Part shown: in pieces, positions 27,711-42,427 of the stretch | Position numbering within the stretch: the stretch's first letter is position 1 | Layout of the letters: each line of letters opens with the position of its first letter | From: Octopus vulgaris | Taxonomy: Eukaryota | Length of the DNA stretch: 64,000 nucleotides | NCBI GenBank assembly: GCA_951406725.2 | Contig: OX597836.1 | Coordinates: forward strand, 9,052,001 to 9,116,000 | Reading direction: 5' to 3' | Notes under the pieces: generated by a model | Database searches by the model: none | The model's input: the letters and a program-made list of their open reading frames with translations, nothing else | What the model was told of the DNA's origin: nothing | Program-made: the position numbers and the translations under genes

Positions 27711-28180
27711 TACAGTTGTAGCTGTGAAAAGAAGTTTCCTTTCAAATTATGTGGTTGCGGGCTTAGTTACACAACGTGGAACCTTGGGCAGGTGACTTCT
27801 ACTATAGCCTCCGGTTGACCAAAGGAAAACTCTGATGTGACCAACACCTGCTACTTTGTTTGTATCCAATAGTGTAGATTAGTTCATCTTTGTGGGCAAA
27901 TGCATACGTTATTTAGGGTGTGGGCCGGGCCCGTGCGAAGCTTCTCCTTATTTTCAAATGTTACAGGATCAGGCATTGCTCTGTTTTTAACATTTCTGTT
28001 ATGTGTTGCATTTTATGGCCGTCCTTCAGCGAGAAACGCAAAACAGTCAAAGAAAAATACCAGGATGGAATGAAGACATGTGGCTGCGTGTGTGGTAAGC
28101 TCTTTGAACACCTGCTGTGTTTAAGAGAGCAGTCGAACGACGGCAAGGTTCGGAATCGTTGATAGATAACTAGCTAGTTG

Positions 28181-28213
<33 letters not shown>

Positions 28214-28216
28214 AGT

Positions 28217-28248
<32 letters not shown>

Positions 28249-28277
28249 CAGGACAAAGGAATAGGTAGAGGGAGAGA

Positions 28278-28575
<298 letters not shown>

Positions 28576-28951
28576 GATAGATTCATATCTAAATGTTCCG
28601 CCCAGGTTCCTTCTGCCAGATTTCCCGTACACAATGGAATACACAAAATTACCGAGTTTTTTGTGCCTCCACTTCCTTCTACTCTTGTCATCTAGGACAC
28701 ACACACACACACAGACACATATATTAGGATGTGTGTGTGTGCTTGTGTGTGAGTCCTGAAGAGTGAAAAATATATACACATACTGAATATCGTAAGCATA
28801 CGTATCTCTCTCTATATATATATACATATATATGTGTATATATTATATTATGTATATGTGTGTGTATGTGTGTGTGTGCGTGTGTGTGCGTATTATGTGT
28901 GTGTGTATGTGTGTGCATACATTCATAGGTATGTGTGAATGTGTGTGTGTG

Positions 28952-28986
<35 letters not shown>

Positions 28987-29047
28987 CATAACGTATGTGT
29001 ACGTGTGCGCATACATTCATAGGTATGTGTGAATGTGTGTGTGTGAA

Positions 29048-29098
<51 letters not shown>

Positions 29099-29956
29099 AT
29101 GTGTGTGTGTGTGTATGTGTGTGTGTGTGTCACTGTGTCATAATGTACCCACTAAATGCAACGCCAGCAAGGGAGACAATCAACAAACACAGCCATATTC
29201 ATTCGTTACTTTTCACGTATCCCTGTTGCTTATTTCTTTCCTATAATAATCTCTCTCACTATTTACTACAAAAGCCTCAAACAACATCTTTTAAATATTC
29301 ACAAACCCAGTCGTATTTTCCAAACCGATCTTTGTTTGCTCAGCTTATCCTTAAAAACCGCCAGCCAATGTCAAAGGTTAAACAATTTTTAAACAACTTT
29401 TAAACAATTTCTAAGCTCGGGGGCGGCGTAACACAAAAATACGTACATTCACAGTAAAGCATTCTACGCCATTTTCGTTCACCCCCGGCCTACGATCCAC
29501 CGCTCCTGTACCCCGTTCACTCGTCCACCTCCCGCCATTTTCTATGAAACCTGTTCGGTTCCTCTCATTGTTAACGGTCTTATGTGTCTATATTTCACTA
29601 TGTTTACCCAGCTAACCCTCTATCTCAATTCGATTAACCGTTAAACAAATATATCCGCTCTTTCCTGGGGAACAGAGAAAAAACAAAACAGAATTTTTAT
29701 TTCCTAGTCAGGTAATTTTCTATTCATACATACATACATATGTGTGTGTGTGAATACATATCTTCGTGTATGTGTGTGTATATATATGTATGCATATATA
29801 TATATTTATAAATACATTATCATAAGAGATGTGCATGTATGTGTGTATATATATACATACATACATGCATATATATGTGTGTGTGTGTGTGTGAATACAT
29901 ATCTTTGTGTATGTGTGTATATATATACATACATATATATATATATATATGTATAC

Positions 29957-30085
<129 letters not shown>

Positions 30086-30194
30086 TACATATATATATAC
30101 ACATATATATGGCGCGTTTCTAAAGGAGGAATTATATAAATCCAGGTGTTCATTTAGAATCCTGAGTTCGATGTTCTTGTCATCATCGTTGTAT

Positions 30195-30770
30195 GGTGGT
30201 GGTGGTGGTGGTGGTGGTGGTGGTGGTGGTGGTGGTGGTGGTGGTGGTGGTGGTGGTGGTGGTGGTGGTGGTGGTGGTGGTAGTAGTGGTGGTGGTGGTG
30301 GAAGTGGTGGTGGTGGTGGTGGTGGTGGTGGTGGTGGTGGTGGTGGTGGTGGTGGTGGTGGTGGTGGTGGTGGTGATGGTGGTGGTGGTGGTGGTGGTGG
30401 TGGTGATGGTGGTGGTGGTGGTGATGGTGGTGGTGGTGGTGGTGGTGGTGGTGGTGGTGGTGATGGTGGTGGTGGTGGTGATGGTGGTGGTGGTGGTGGT
30501 GGTGGTGGTGGTGGTGGTGGTGGTGGTGGTGGTGGTGGTGGTGGTGGTGGTGGTGGTGGTGGTGGTGGTGGTGATGGTGGTGGTGGTGGTGGTGGTGGTG
30601 GTGGTGGTGGTGGTGGTGGTGGAAGTGGTGGTGGCGGTGGTGGTGGTGGTGGTGATGGTGGTGGTGGTGGTTGTGGTGGTGGTGGTGATAGTGGTGGTGG
30701 TGGTGGTGATAGTGGTGGTGGTGGTGGTGGTGGTGGTGATAGTGGTGTTGTTGTTGTTGGTGGTGGTGGT
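30195..30770. repeat. Long (GGT)n microsatellite
   Basis: About 575 bp of GGT with GAT/AGT interruptions. Confidence 0.97.
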
Positions 30771-31339
30771 GGTCGTCGTCGTCGTCGTCGCCGTCGTATT
30801 TTTGATACTTTTTTCGTTGCTATTTTTTATGTCAATTTTTCTTCCACTTCGTACTCCATCGTCATTAACTGTGGTTAAATTCATTCAAATTTAAAAAAAA
30901 ACAAACAATAAACAGAAGTTACGGAGAAACATAACAGATCTACAAAACAAAAACCATAAAGCAACAACAATCAAAAAAACAAATTTCATTAATTCACTTA
31001 ACATTGAAAAGAAACGAACGAATTTATCTGACAGCTCAAAATACGTCGTTCGAGTACAAGAAATAAAATGAACGGAAATACACGAACGAACATCGATATT
31101 TCCGCCCATTAAGTCGGACGCACGAAGCAGCTTTTATTATATTGTCGTTTGAGACCTGGTCGGAAATGGGACTTGCTTAAGCGGTAGGAAAAAATTCTGC
31201 TACATGGCAGATGGTGTTGCTTTCGCCATTGCCAATTAAAACGTCGTGAGGAAGAGCTTCCCCGACGGAATTGCGTTTGAATGTTACTGAACAAGTCTCA
31301 AGGATTATAGACGTAAGTATCGATGAAATAAATCAAACC

Positions 31340-32159
31340 TATTTCTTTACTACCCACAAGGGGCTAAACATAGAGAGGACAAACAAGGACAGACAGACGG
31401 ATTAAGCCGATTATATCGACCCCAGTGCGTAACTGGTACTTATTTAATCGACCCCGAAAGGATGAAAGGCAAAGTCGATCTCACCGGAATTTGAACTCAC
31501 AACGTAGCGGCAGACGAAATACCTATTTCTTTACTACCCACAAGGGGCTAAAAACAGAGAGGACAAACAAGGACAGACAAATGGATTAAGTCCATTATAT
31601 CGACCCCAGTGCGTAACTGGTACTTATTTAATCGACCCCGAAAGGATGAAAGGCAAAGTCGACCTCGGCGGAATTTGAACTCACAACGTAGCGGCAGACG
31701 AAATACCTATTTCTTTACTACCCACAAGGGGCTAAAAACAGAGAGGACAAACAAGGGCAGACAAATGGATTAAGTCGATTATATTGACCCCAGTGCGTAA
31801 CTGGTACTTATTTAATCGACCCCGAAAGGATGAAAGGCAAAGTCGACCTCGGTGGAATTTGAACTCAGAACGTAACGGCAGACGAAATACGGCTAAGCAT
31901 TTCGCCCGGCGTGCTAACGTTTCTTATTTCTTTACTGCCCACAAGGGGCTAAACATAGAGGGGACAAACAAGGACAGACAAAGGGATTAAGTCGATTAGA
32001 TCGACCCCAGTGCGTAACTGGTACTTAATTTATCGACCCCGAAAGGATGAAAGGCAAAGTCGACCTCGGCGGAATTTGAACTCAGAACGAAAAGACAGAC
32101 GAAATACCGGCAAGCATTTCGCCCGGTGTGCTAACGATTCTGCCAGTTCGCGCCGCCTT
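31340..32159 (-). mobile_element. SINE B head-to-tail tetramer
   Basis: Four units; flanks taaatcaaacc (31329-31339) and taaatcagacc (32160-32170). Confidence 0.9.
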
Positions 32160-32319
32160 TAAATCAGACCGATAAGCGCATGCTTGGCTCTGGTCTTCTA
32201 CGAACAACCTTACTTGGACATGCGCCTGGGAGCGGAATTTTCTTGGTGCAATCCTTGGTCGTTCGTGATCGAAGGACGTCTTTTTATATATAAAAGCAAA
32301 GAAAAAGTTTTGATGGCAG

Positions 32320-32925
32320 TGTGAAGGAGCGTGGCTTAGTGTTTAGGGTGATCAGCTCACGGTCCGAAGGTCACGAGTTCGATTCCCGCCAGCTCGTTCT
32401 GACCTTAATAGATCCGTTTGTTTATATGTGCGTGAGTGTGTGTGAGTACGTGTGTGTGTGTGAGTGAGTGTGTGTGTCAGTGTGTGTATGTGAGTATGTG
32501 TCCGTGTTTGAAGGCACGTGGCTTGGTGGTTAGAGTATTCGCTCACGCGATCGTAAGGTTATGAGTTCGATTCCTGGCAGTGCTTTATGCCCTTGAGCAA
32601 GAGTGTGTGAGTGAGCGTGAGAGTGTGTGTGCATGTGCGTGAGTGTGTATGTGAAAGTGTGTGTGAGTGTTGTGAGTTCGATTCCCTGTGGTGCTTCATG
32701 TCCTTGAGCAAGACACTTCATTTCACGTTGCTCCAGTCCATTCAGCTGGCGAAAATGATTTGTACCTGTAATTCACAAGGGGTCAGCTTTATCGCAATTC
32801 TATGTCACGCTGAAATCTTCCTGAGAACTACATTAAGGGTACACGTATCTGTGGAGTACTCAACCACGTCCATGTTAAATTTCACGAGCAAGTTGTTCGG
32901 CTGATCGAATCAACCGGAACACCAT
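32320..32925 (+). mobile_element. SINE C: repeated heads separated by (TG)n, then one body
   Basis: 'gcgtggcttagtg..gagttcgattcc' at ~32330 and ~32517, a further B-box at ~32675, then 'tccttgagcaagacactt...aatttcacgagca'. Confidence 0.8.
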
Positions 32926-33290
32926 CGAAAGCAACAGAGAGTCGTGTGTGTGTGTGTGTGTGTGTGTTTGTGTGAGTGTGTGTCTGTGTATGCGTGCATG
33001 TGCGCGTGCGTGCGTGCGTGTGTAGGTGATTGTGTGTGACTCCCATTAATACGCTGCTCCCACAAGTATACCTGACACTAATATCCTCGTATTAATCACC
33101 TGACGCTTTGACTGAGATATAGGTTGTCACCCCTTTTCATGTTGCCACCACAGCTCTGGGTCAAACCTATCGTATGGCACCTTTTAAACGCACCTCACAG
33201 ATAACTGTGCACAGATCTCAGATATGCTGACCCTTCAGATTATCTTACACTACATACAGGCGCAAACACACACCTATACATAAATACATA

Positions 33291-33360
<70 letters not shown>

Positions 33361-33364
33361 TATA

Positions 33365-33426
<62 letters not shown>

Positions 33427-33439
33427 AACATATATATAT

Positions 33440-33838
33440 ACTCTTTTACTCTTTTACTTGTTTCAGTCATTTGACTGTGGCCATGCTGGAGCACCGCCTT
33501 TAGTCGAGCAACTCGACCCCGGGACTTATTCTTTTGTAAGCCCAGTACTTATTCTATCGATCTCTTTTTGCCGAACCGCTATGTGACGGGGACATAAACA
33601 CACCAGCATCGGTTGTTAAGCAATGCTAGGGGGACAAATGCAGACACATAAACACGCATATAAATACATATACATATATACGGCGGGCTTCTTTCAGTTT
33701 CCGTCTACCAAATCCACTCACAATCCTTTGGTTGGCCCGAGGCTATAGTAGAAGACACTTGCCCAAGGTGCCACGCAACGGGACTGAACCCAGAACCATG
33801 TGGTTGGTAAGCAAGCTACTTACCACACAGCCATTCCT
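33440..33838 (-). mobile_element. SINE A full length
   Basis: Matches family A over its whole length. Confidence 0.92.
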
Positions 33839-33944
33839 ATATATATATATAGTCATATCAAATGAACAGACAATAGAATTAAAAATAACAACAAGCGAAC
33901 GTGCACCATGAATGTATTAGTTTGATGCTTGTTTGTTGAGGGAA

Positions 33945-34318
33945 GCGGTCTTCGTCCCAGAGTGGGAGAAGTCCAAAACGTGGTCCTTTTGCTATTCGTA
34001 AGACCCACAGAAGAGAAAGCAGGTCAAACCATCACCACCACCCCACCCACCCCGACACCGAGAGCATCGACGGATGGATGAATGCGCATCCAGGCTCAGC
34101 GGTTGCGTAGGAAGTCGGGGACAAGAAACAGGAAGAAAGAGTGAGAGAAAGTTGGAGCGAAAGAGTACAACAGGGGTCGCCACCATCCCCTGCCGGAGCC
34201 TCGTGGAGCTTTTGGTGTTTTCGCTCAATAAACACTCACAACGCTCAGTCTGGTGATCGAAACCACGATCCTCCGACCGCGAGTCCGCTGCCCTAACCAC
34301 TGGGCCATTGCGCCTCCA
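33945..34318 (-). mobile_element. SINE family D (tRNA-derived)
   Basis: Minus head ggaggcgcaatggcccagtggttagggcagcggactcgcggtc..ggtttcgat; second copy at 54094. Confidence 0.85.
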
Positions 34319-34449
34319 CTTACTGTTGCTGTTGTTGTTGTTGTTGCTGTTCTTATAGTGTTTGACCAATTTATTCATCCTTATAATTCTCGTTTCCCAT
34401 AGCTTCACTCTAAATTCTACCATTTTTCGGTCTCCCCCAACATTGCTTC

Positions 34450-34492
<43 letters not shown>

Positions 34493-35428
34493 TATATACA
34501 TATACACATGCACTTGCACACACGCACATACATACATACAAACATACATACATCTTAATTCACACGCACATACATACAAACATATTCACACTCACAGACA
34601 CACCCACACGCATACACACACACACACAAACACACACATGCACATACATACATCCATATTCACACACAAACACGTGCGCGCACATACATACATATTTAAA
34701 TACACTTGTACATACACACTCATACATACATACATACATACATATATACACGTACACACTCACCTATACACACACACACACATGCACGCACGCGCGCACC
34801 AAACGAAACCAAACGTTTAAGGCGAGAATAATTTAGGTCGACTCTAGCATGACCTCTGACCCTTCAATTAAACCGCGACGCCTCACACATACATAAATAA
34901 ACACGCCGCCACCACCATTATCACCATCACCGAAACCACCACCACAACCACAACTATCACCGCTACCATTGCAACCACTACCACCATCACCACTAACATC
35001 CCCACCACCACCATCATCATCACCATCACCATCACCATCACCACAACCATTACCACCACCGCCGCCATTCTTATTTTAGGCTCCACTATCCTTTCCCGCC
35101 ATCTCTCGATGATCTTTGATGTTTTTGTTGTTTTGTTTTTTCTTGCTAATTTCTGTTGCTCAATTGTTTCAAGAATACATCGTAACCGCTCCATATTTAC
35201 TCTCCTTTCCTCATTTCGCTCTCACCCCGTCTCTTTCTCTCTCTCTCTCTCTCTCTCCTTCTTTTTCTCTCTCTTTCTCTTTCTCTCACAAAACACATAC
35301 GTACCTACATACATGCATACATACACGCAAACATTATGTAACAGTTACTCTCGCTCGCCTTTCCTTATTTCATATTAACCCTCTCTAGTATTATTATGCG
35401 TGTGTATACATACATACACATCTATATA

Positions 35429-35482
<54 letters not shown>

Positions 35483-35794
35483 CTTCTCATCAGGAAAGAA
35501 AGGGAGCCTCTCTCGACAACAAGACAAACAAACATTTCGATGACTGCCTACATGGTAAACATATGTCGAGAGTAAAGGAATTTTGTTAGCATCTTCGTTC
35601 AACTCCATTCTTTCATTTATTCGTATATAACACACACATTTCTGCACATGAACCCGGAGTTTCTACCCTTGGACAGGTCGCTTCAACCGTGTTTCTGACG
35701 TGAATTTGCTACCCAGGTTTCGGTTAAACGAATTTTCCATGCTGACGATAAACATAGGATAATTCATTCACCTACTTATATATGTATATATATA

Positions 35795-35827
<33 letters not shown>

Positions 35828-35830
<3 letters not shown>

Positions 35831-36290
35831 AAATGCAAAATGGGACAAGAACGCAAAACATCCGGAGAACTAGGTGATACAAAAAGGGACAACAATCATC
35901 CAGATAGACGATACAAAGAAAACAAGGACGGGTCATTCGACGTTTTCTTTCCTCAGTCAAGCACCAGATTATCCACGCAATTTCGGCTGATTATTCTTGA
36001 GATTGCTCCAATCAGGCCAGCCCCAAGGAAAAACTAAGCTAAGAGCATTAGATTCCTTGGAAGAAAGCATCGAATGTATACAAAAACAAGGACGGAAATA
36101 CAGACAATATTACCCAAATATAAACTCAATAAAAGAAATAATAATAATAGGACATAACAACAGGTGTCTTTCGATTAAGGATGATTTGAATTCAGCTGGC
36201 GTGTGTGGAAATGGAGCCTTACGGCAGAGATACAAAGATTTCACAAACACAGGGAAGTATATCGATGTTGCACGGACGGCGGTCAGATGT
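35828..36290. other. Unclassified ~460-bp insert between (TG)n and (TA)n tracts
   Basis: Complex sequence with sharp microsatellite borders and internal 'catcc..gatacaaa' repeats. Same context as the HHR elements but no canonical core. Confidence 0.4.
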
Positions 36291-36331
36291 ATATATATAT
36301 ATTTGTATATGTATATATGTATGTACATATA

Positions 36332-36478
<147 letters not shown>

Positions 36479-36539
36479 GTATACACACACACACATATAT
36501 ATATGACAGAAACAAGTAAAACATTCTTTTATTCATTTG

Positions 36540-36748
36540 TTCTCTTACTTGTTTCAGTCATTTGACTGCGGCCATGCTGGAGCACCGCCTTTAGGCGAGC
36601 TATTCGACCCCAGGACTTACTCTTTGTAAGCCTAGTACTTATTCTCTAAGTCATTTTTGCTGAACCGCTAAGTTACGGGGACGTAAACACACCAGCATCG
36701 GTTGTCAAGCGATGTTGGGGGACAAATAAAACATGCACACACATACAC

Positions 36749-36793
<45 letters not shown>

Positions 36794-36958
36794 CATGTAC
36801 GATGGGGTTCTTTCAGTTTCCGTCTACTAAATCCACTCACAAAGCTTTAGTCGACCCGAGGCTATGGTAGAAGACACTTGCCCAAGGTGACACACAGTGG
36901 GACTGAACCCGGAACTATGCGGTTCGTAAGCAAGCTACTTACCACACAGCCACTCCTA
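36540..36958 (-). mobile_element. SINE A full length
   Basis: Matches family A. Confidence 0.92.
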
Positions 36959-37026
36959 GTCAGTAAATCATTAATCCGAAAAAGAAGCACACTCTAAGTT
37001 ATAGAGCAGTAGAGTATTTAGATAAA

Positions 37027-37256
37027 GATAGATGTGGCCGATCTATAGGGTTACCCTTGGTTTCAAGTCCATAAAGCTTTACGTTTCTTCAGACCCTAAA
37101 CCCGTTGAATTATGGTTTCTTTAGTGGCCTTCAAGAGTGGCCACTTGCTAGAGAGGCCGTAGGCCAACGGGTTTGAGGTCTGAAGGAATGCTGTAAAGCT
37201 AAGAGCTTTGTGGATGTGAAACCCAGGGTATTCCCATAAACCGGACACATCTATCT
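37027..37256. repeat. ~230-bp imperfect foldback (MITE-like)
   Basis: Arms agatagatgt / acatctatct, ttcagacc.taaacccgttg / caacgggtttgaggtctgaa, agtggcc / ggccact. Confidence 0.8.
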
Positions 37257-37486
37257 ATGTGTCTATTTATCTATCGATCTATCTATATTTTATTTATGTG
37301 TGTATGTGTTTATATATATATGTGATCACCGTGACCGACCAGGCTATCAGATGTTGTAACACATCGATGGTCACAATGCGCTTCGCATTGTTTTAGCCTT
37401 CAAATGACGCCACCCCGCTGGCTAAGCCTAGTACTTATACTATGTATATATATATGTATATATATATATGTATATATATATATATG

Positions 37487-37559
<73 letters not shown>

Positions 37560-37566
<7 letters not shown>

Positions 37567-37938
37567 GTAAAATCCGTTCTGTCTGTCTGTCTGTGTGTCT
37601 TCTCGGATCTCAGGCATCCTCCATCCGATTGCGCTCAAATTTGATATGTAGATACTGACGGTATCAGGGCGTGTATAAGTCTTGAAAAAATTACAAAAAT
37701 CGATTCCAGGTGAGAATTCAATCGATAAAGCCGTGGGAACATGCATTTGTAAAACATTTTTCTTGGAATAGAAAAGAGTCTATCGTTATTTCTTCTTTTG
37801 CTGGTGTCTCAAATTTAGGTTAAATAAGTGTTTCTCAAAAGGGAGGCCTATGGGATTTTCGGACAAGTTGTTTTGAGAAAATTTGGTTTAAATGTTTGAT
37901 AACTCAGCACTGTCCATTGGACAGGGGGCGTTTTGTTC

Positions 37939-37940
<2 letters not shown>
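37560..37940 (+). mobile_element. Non-autonomous Helitron-like 5' region
   Basis: (TA)n, then (TCTG)n, then 'ccgattgcgctcaaatttgatatgtag', the usual layout of such elements. No 3' CTAG end identified. Confidence 0.45.
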
Positions 37941-37975
<35 letters not shown>

Positions 37976-38438
37976 GTGTGCTTCTTTGAGTCTGTGTTTG
38001 TCCTCCAACACTGCTTGGCAACAGCTGTTGGTATGTTTACGTCCCTGTAACTAAGAATAAGTACGAGATTTAGCTTTTGTCGGCCCGAGGCTGTAGTAGG
38101 AGACACCTTGCCCAAGGTGCTACCCAGTGGGGCTGAACCCGGAACCATTTGGTTGGGAAGCAAGCTTCTTACCACACAGCCACGCCTCCGCCTCTGAGTA
38201 AGAAAATATATGTACGTGTGTAAGTATGTATAATATACAATTATATATATACTTCCATATATATACATACACACACACATACGCATAGAAACACACACAC
38301 ACACATACATATATATATTTGCATGTTTGCGAGTTTATTAAGTGAGGATGTGTATATACGTGTATGTATATATGCCCGTATTTATGTATGTATATGTGTG
38401 TGTATGAATGTATGGAAGTATATCTGTAGGTTTGTTTG

Positions 38439-38478
<40 letters not shown>

Positions 38479-38545
38479 TATATATGTGTGTATATCTGTA
38501 TGTGTATGTGTGTGTGTATCCATATGCGTTATATGCGTGTGCTTG

Positions 38546-38579
<34 letters not shown>

Positions 38580-39150
38580 TGTGTGTATGAATGTATGTGT
38601 GAATGTATGTATGTATGTGTGTATGTATGTATGTATGTATGTATGTATGTATGTATGTATGTGTGTGTGTATGTATGTATGAATGTGTGTATGTATGTAT
38701 GTGTGTATGTATGTATAACACGCGCGCGCGTGTGTTTGCGAGCGTGTTCAGAAGTATTTCGCTGGAGATAGGACACGTGTAAATCATGTGAAATTGATAA
38801 AATATGAAATAATTTGTAATCCTTTGTTGGTATAATTAAACTTTTTGTCACATGGCATTACAAATATGTGTGTGTGTATGCGCACGCGTGCGAGGAAGTG
38901 TGTGTTTGCGTGCGTGCGTGTGTGTGTGTGTGTGTGTGTGTTTGTGTGTGTGCGCGCACTTTTATCTAAGTGTACGTACGTGCGGTTGTACGTGTATGTA
39001 CAATCGTGTGTTTGTATGCACTGGTATGTCAATTCAGTCACACACAGAAATTTCTTGTGTTCGCGTATACATACATACATGCACACACACACACACACAT
39101 ATATAAATATATATATCTATGTGTGTGCATATATATATATATATTTAGTG

Positions 39151-39226
<76 letters not shown>

Positions 39227-39244
39227 GTATATATATATATATAC

Positions 39245-39288
<44 letters not shown>

Positions 39289-39516
39289 GTAGATTCCCGC
39301 ATATATGCAAACATGTATTCATGCAAGCTTAAATACATACATACAAGCATACACATAGATACACATGAGAAATATACACACATGCAATTTCGTATGACAC
39401 ACACCCTATAATATACACACACTCTTATATATCTCTATGCATGTACACATGAATTGAAATGCCAGTACACAACAAATTGTGTGTGTATGTGTATGTGTGT
39501 GTGCGTGTGTATACAT

Positions 39517-39688
39517 AGGCGCAGGAGTGGCTGTGTGGTATGTAGCTTGCTTACCAACCACATGGTTCCGGGTTCAGTCTCACTGCGTGGCACCTTGGTC
39601 AAGTGTCTTCTACTATAGCCTCGGGCCCACCAAAGCCTTGTGAGTGGATTTGGTAGATGGATACTGAAAGAAGCCCGTCGCATATATG

Positions 39689-39763
<75 letters not shown>

Positions 39764-40003
39764 CTGTGTGTGTTGTGTGTCTGTGTTTGTCCCCCCAACA
39801 TCGCTTGACAACCGATGCTGGTGTGTTTACCTCCCCGTAACTTAGCAGTTCGGCAAAAGTGACCGATTGAATAAGTACTAGGCTTACAAATAATAAGTCC
39901 TGTCATCGATTTGCTCGATGGCCGCAGTCACATGACTGAAACAAGTAAAAAAGTAAAAGAGTAAAAGAGTAAAAGAGTATATATACCCTAATATTGTTAT
40001 TAT

Positions 40004-40035
<32 letters not shown>

Positions 40036-40240
40036 GGCTGTGTTTGCTTACCAACCACATGGTTCTGGGTTCAATCCCACAGCGCGGCACCTTGGGCAAG
40101 TGTCTTCTACTATAGCCTCGGGCTGACCAAAGCCTTGTGAGTGGATTTGATAGATGGAAACTGAAAGAAGCTCGTCGTATATACATGTATGTGTGTGTTT
40201 GTGTGTATGTGGGGGGGGGGGTTGTCCACCCCCACCATCG
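39517..40240 (+). mobile_element. SINE A full copy followed by a partial copy
   Basis: Heads at 39517 and ~40035. Confidence 0.9.
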
Positions 40241-40242
40241 CT

Positions 40243-40785
40243 TGTGTGTCCTTGAGCAAGACACTTTATTTTCACGTTGCTCCAGTCCACTCAGCTGGCA
40301 AAAAAAAATAGTACCTGTAATTCAATGGGGTCAACCTTGTCACATTCTGTATGACGCTGAATCTCCCTGAGAACTACTTTAAGGGTACGTGTGTCTGGAG
40401 TACTCAGCCACTTGCACATTAACATCACGAACATGCTATGCGGTTGGTTGTATCAACTGGAGCGTGAAGGCTCGTGGCTTAGCTTTTTGGGTATAGAGCT
40501 CACGATCGTGAGGTCGCGGGTTCGATTCCCGGCGGCGCGTTGTGTCCTTGAGCAAGACACTTTATTTCACGTTTTCCCAGTCCACTCAGCTGGCAAAAAC
40601 GAGTAGTACCTGTGATTCAAAGGGCCCAACCTTATCACATTCTGTATCAAGCTGCGTCTCCCTGAGAACTACTTTAGGGGTTACACGTGTCTGTGGAGAG
40701 CTCAACCCCATGTACGTTAATTTCACGAGCAGGCTGTTCCGTTAATCGGATCAACCGCAACGCTCGTCGTCGAAACCGACGAAGG
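40243..40785 (+). mobile_element. SINE C: headless body followed by a full copy
   Basis: 'tgtgtccttgagcaagacactttattt..ccagtccactcagctggcaaaaa' occurs twice. Confidence 0.88.
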
Positions 40786-41312
40786 GCCAGGCTGTGCCGA
40801 AAATTAAAGAAGTCACACATATTTTTTTATTGTTTCGCTTATGCGTTTGCTGACAGCTTCTTTGTCTGAAAACCCATTACTTTTCCAGAGTGTCACCTAG
40901 ACATTTACTTGCAGAATGAGACAATTGGGCGCAGCTGTTTGGGCGCAGGCGATTTGGCACAACTCATTGGACATAGACCCTCTTTTTGCGACGGGACTCT
41001 TTGGTGCCGGAGGCAAACACAAACACATACATCTTATTCTCTTTGTCTCTCTTTTTCTCACTTGCTCTTTCTTACACACACACACACACACATACACACA
41101 CACGCGCACACACACTCTCTTTGTCTCTCTTTTTCTCACTTACTCTCTCTCTCTCTCACACACACACACGCGCGCACACACACGCGCGCACACACACTCT
41201 CTTTGTCTCTCTTTTTCTCACTTACTCTCTCTCTCTCTCTCTCTCTCTGTGTTACACACACACACTCAAACACACATCTTATTCTGTTTGTCTTTCTATT
41301 TCTCATATACTC

Positions 41313-41346
<34 letters not shown>

Positions 41347-41467
41347 ACACACACATACACACACACACGAGCACACACACACGTCAGGTCCAATATTACA
41401 GATCATTGGACAGGACGTTTGTTTTTTTTTTGTTTTTGTTTTGTTTTTTTGTCCGAAATATTTCAGG

Positions 41468-42215
41468 CATAAAACGTGTGGTTAAGAAACTCGCTTCCAA
41501 GTCTCGTGGTTTCGCTTTGTGGTTCGATCCCACCGCACGGCACCTTGGGCAGCTATCACCGTAGGCCAAGGCTGACCAATACCTTATGAGTAAATCTAAT
41601 TGGCGGAAACTGTGTGGAAGCCGTTGTATATATGTGTGTGTATATCAATGAGTGTGTCTATATATGTGTGTGTGCCTGTGTGCTTGTGTCTGTGTGTGTG
41701 TGTCTATATGTTGTATCAATGTGTGTCTATGTGTGTGTGTGTGTGTGTGTATGTAATGTGTGTGTCTATATATGTGTGTGTGCCTCTATGTGCTTTGTAT
41801 CTATGTATGTGTTTGTGTATGTGTGTCTATGTGTGTGTGTCTGCGTGTTTGTGTTATGTTTGTGCTTGTGTCTGTGTGTGTGTGTCTATGTATGTGTGTA
41901 TCAATGTGTGTGTCTTTGTGTGTATGTGCTTGTGCGTGTGTGTGTATTTGTGTGTCTGTTTATGTGTGTGTGTGCCTCTATGTGCTTGTGTATCTATGTG
42001 TGTGTGTCTATGTATGTTTGTGTGTTTGTGTCTATGTTTGTGTGTGTGTTCATGTGTATGTTTATATGTCTAAGTGTATGTGTGTGTGTGTGTGTGTGTG
42101 TGCGTGTCGGTCTGTCTTCTGTCTGTCTGTGTTTGTCCTCACCACCAACACCATTTGACAACTAGTGTTAGTTTGTTTTCGTCCCCGTAATTTTGCGGTC
42201 CGGCAAAAGCGGCTC
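41468..42215 (+). mobile_element. Old SINE A with ~500-bp internal microsatellite expansion
   Basis: Head to 'ggcggaaactg..gaagccg' at ~41620; body resumes 'tttgtcctcacc..tttgacaac..gtccccgtaa' at ~42130. Confidence 0.75.
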
Positions 42216-42344
42216 TATAATTAAAAAGAACTCTTTAAACAATGTAGTCAAAGAAATACAAATCTGCGAGGTGGTCGCGGCTGGAACGTTTCAGATCATA
42301 GCTCTGCTGAGTTAGGAATGCCCTGGGATTAAACAACAAAAATA

Positions 42345-42354
42345 ACCACCACTT

Positions 42355-42427
<73 letters not shown>

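Noticed and set aside
35925-36200. Hammerhead-like words in the 35.8-36.3 kb insert
   Set aside because: Cores (CTGAGGA..GAAT, CTGATTG..GAAA) lack complementary stems or a UH site.
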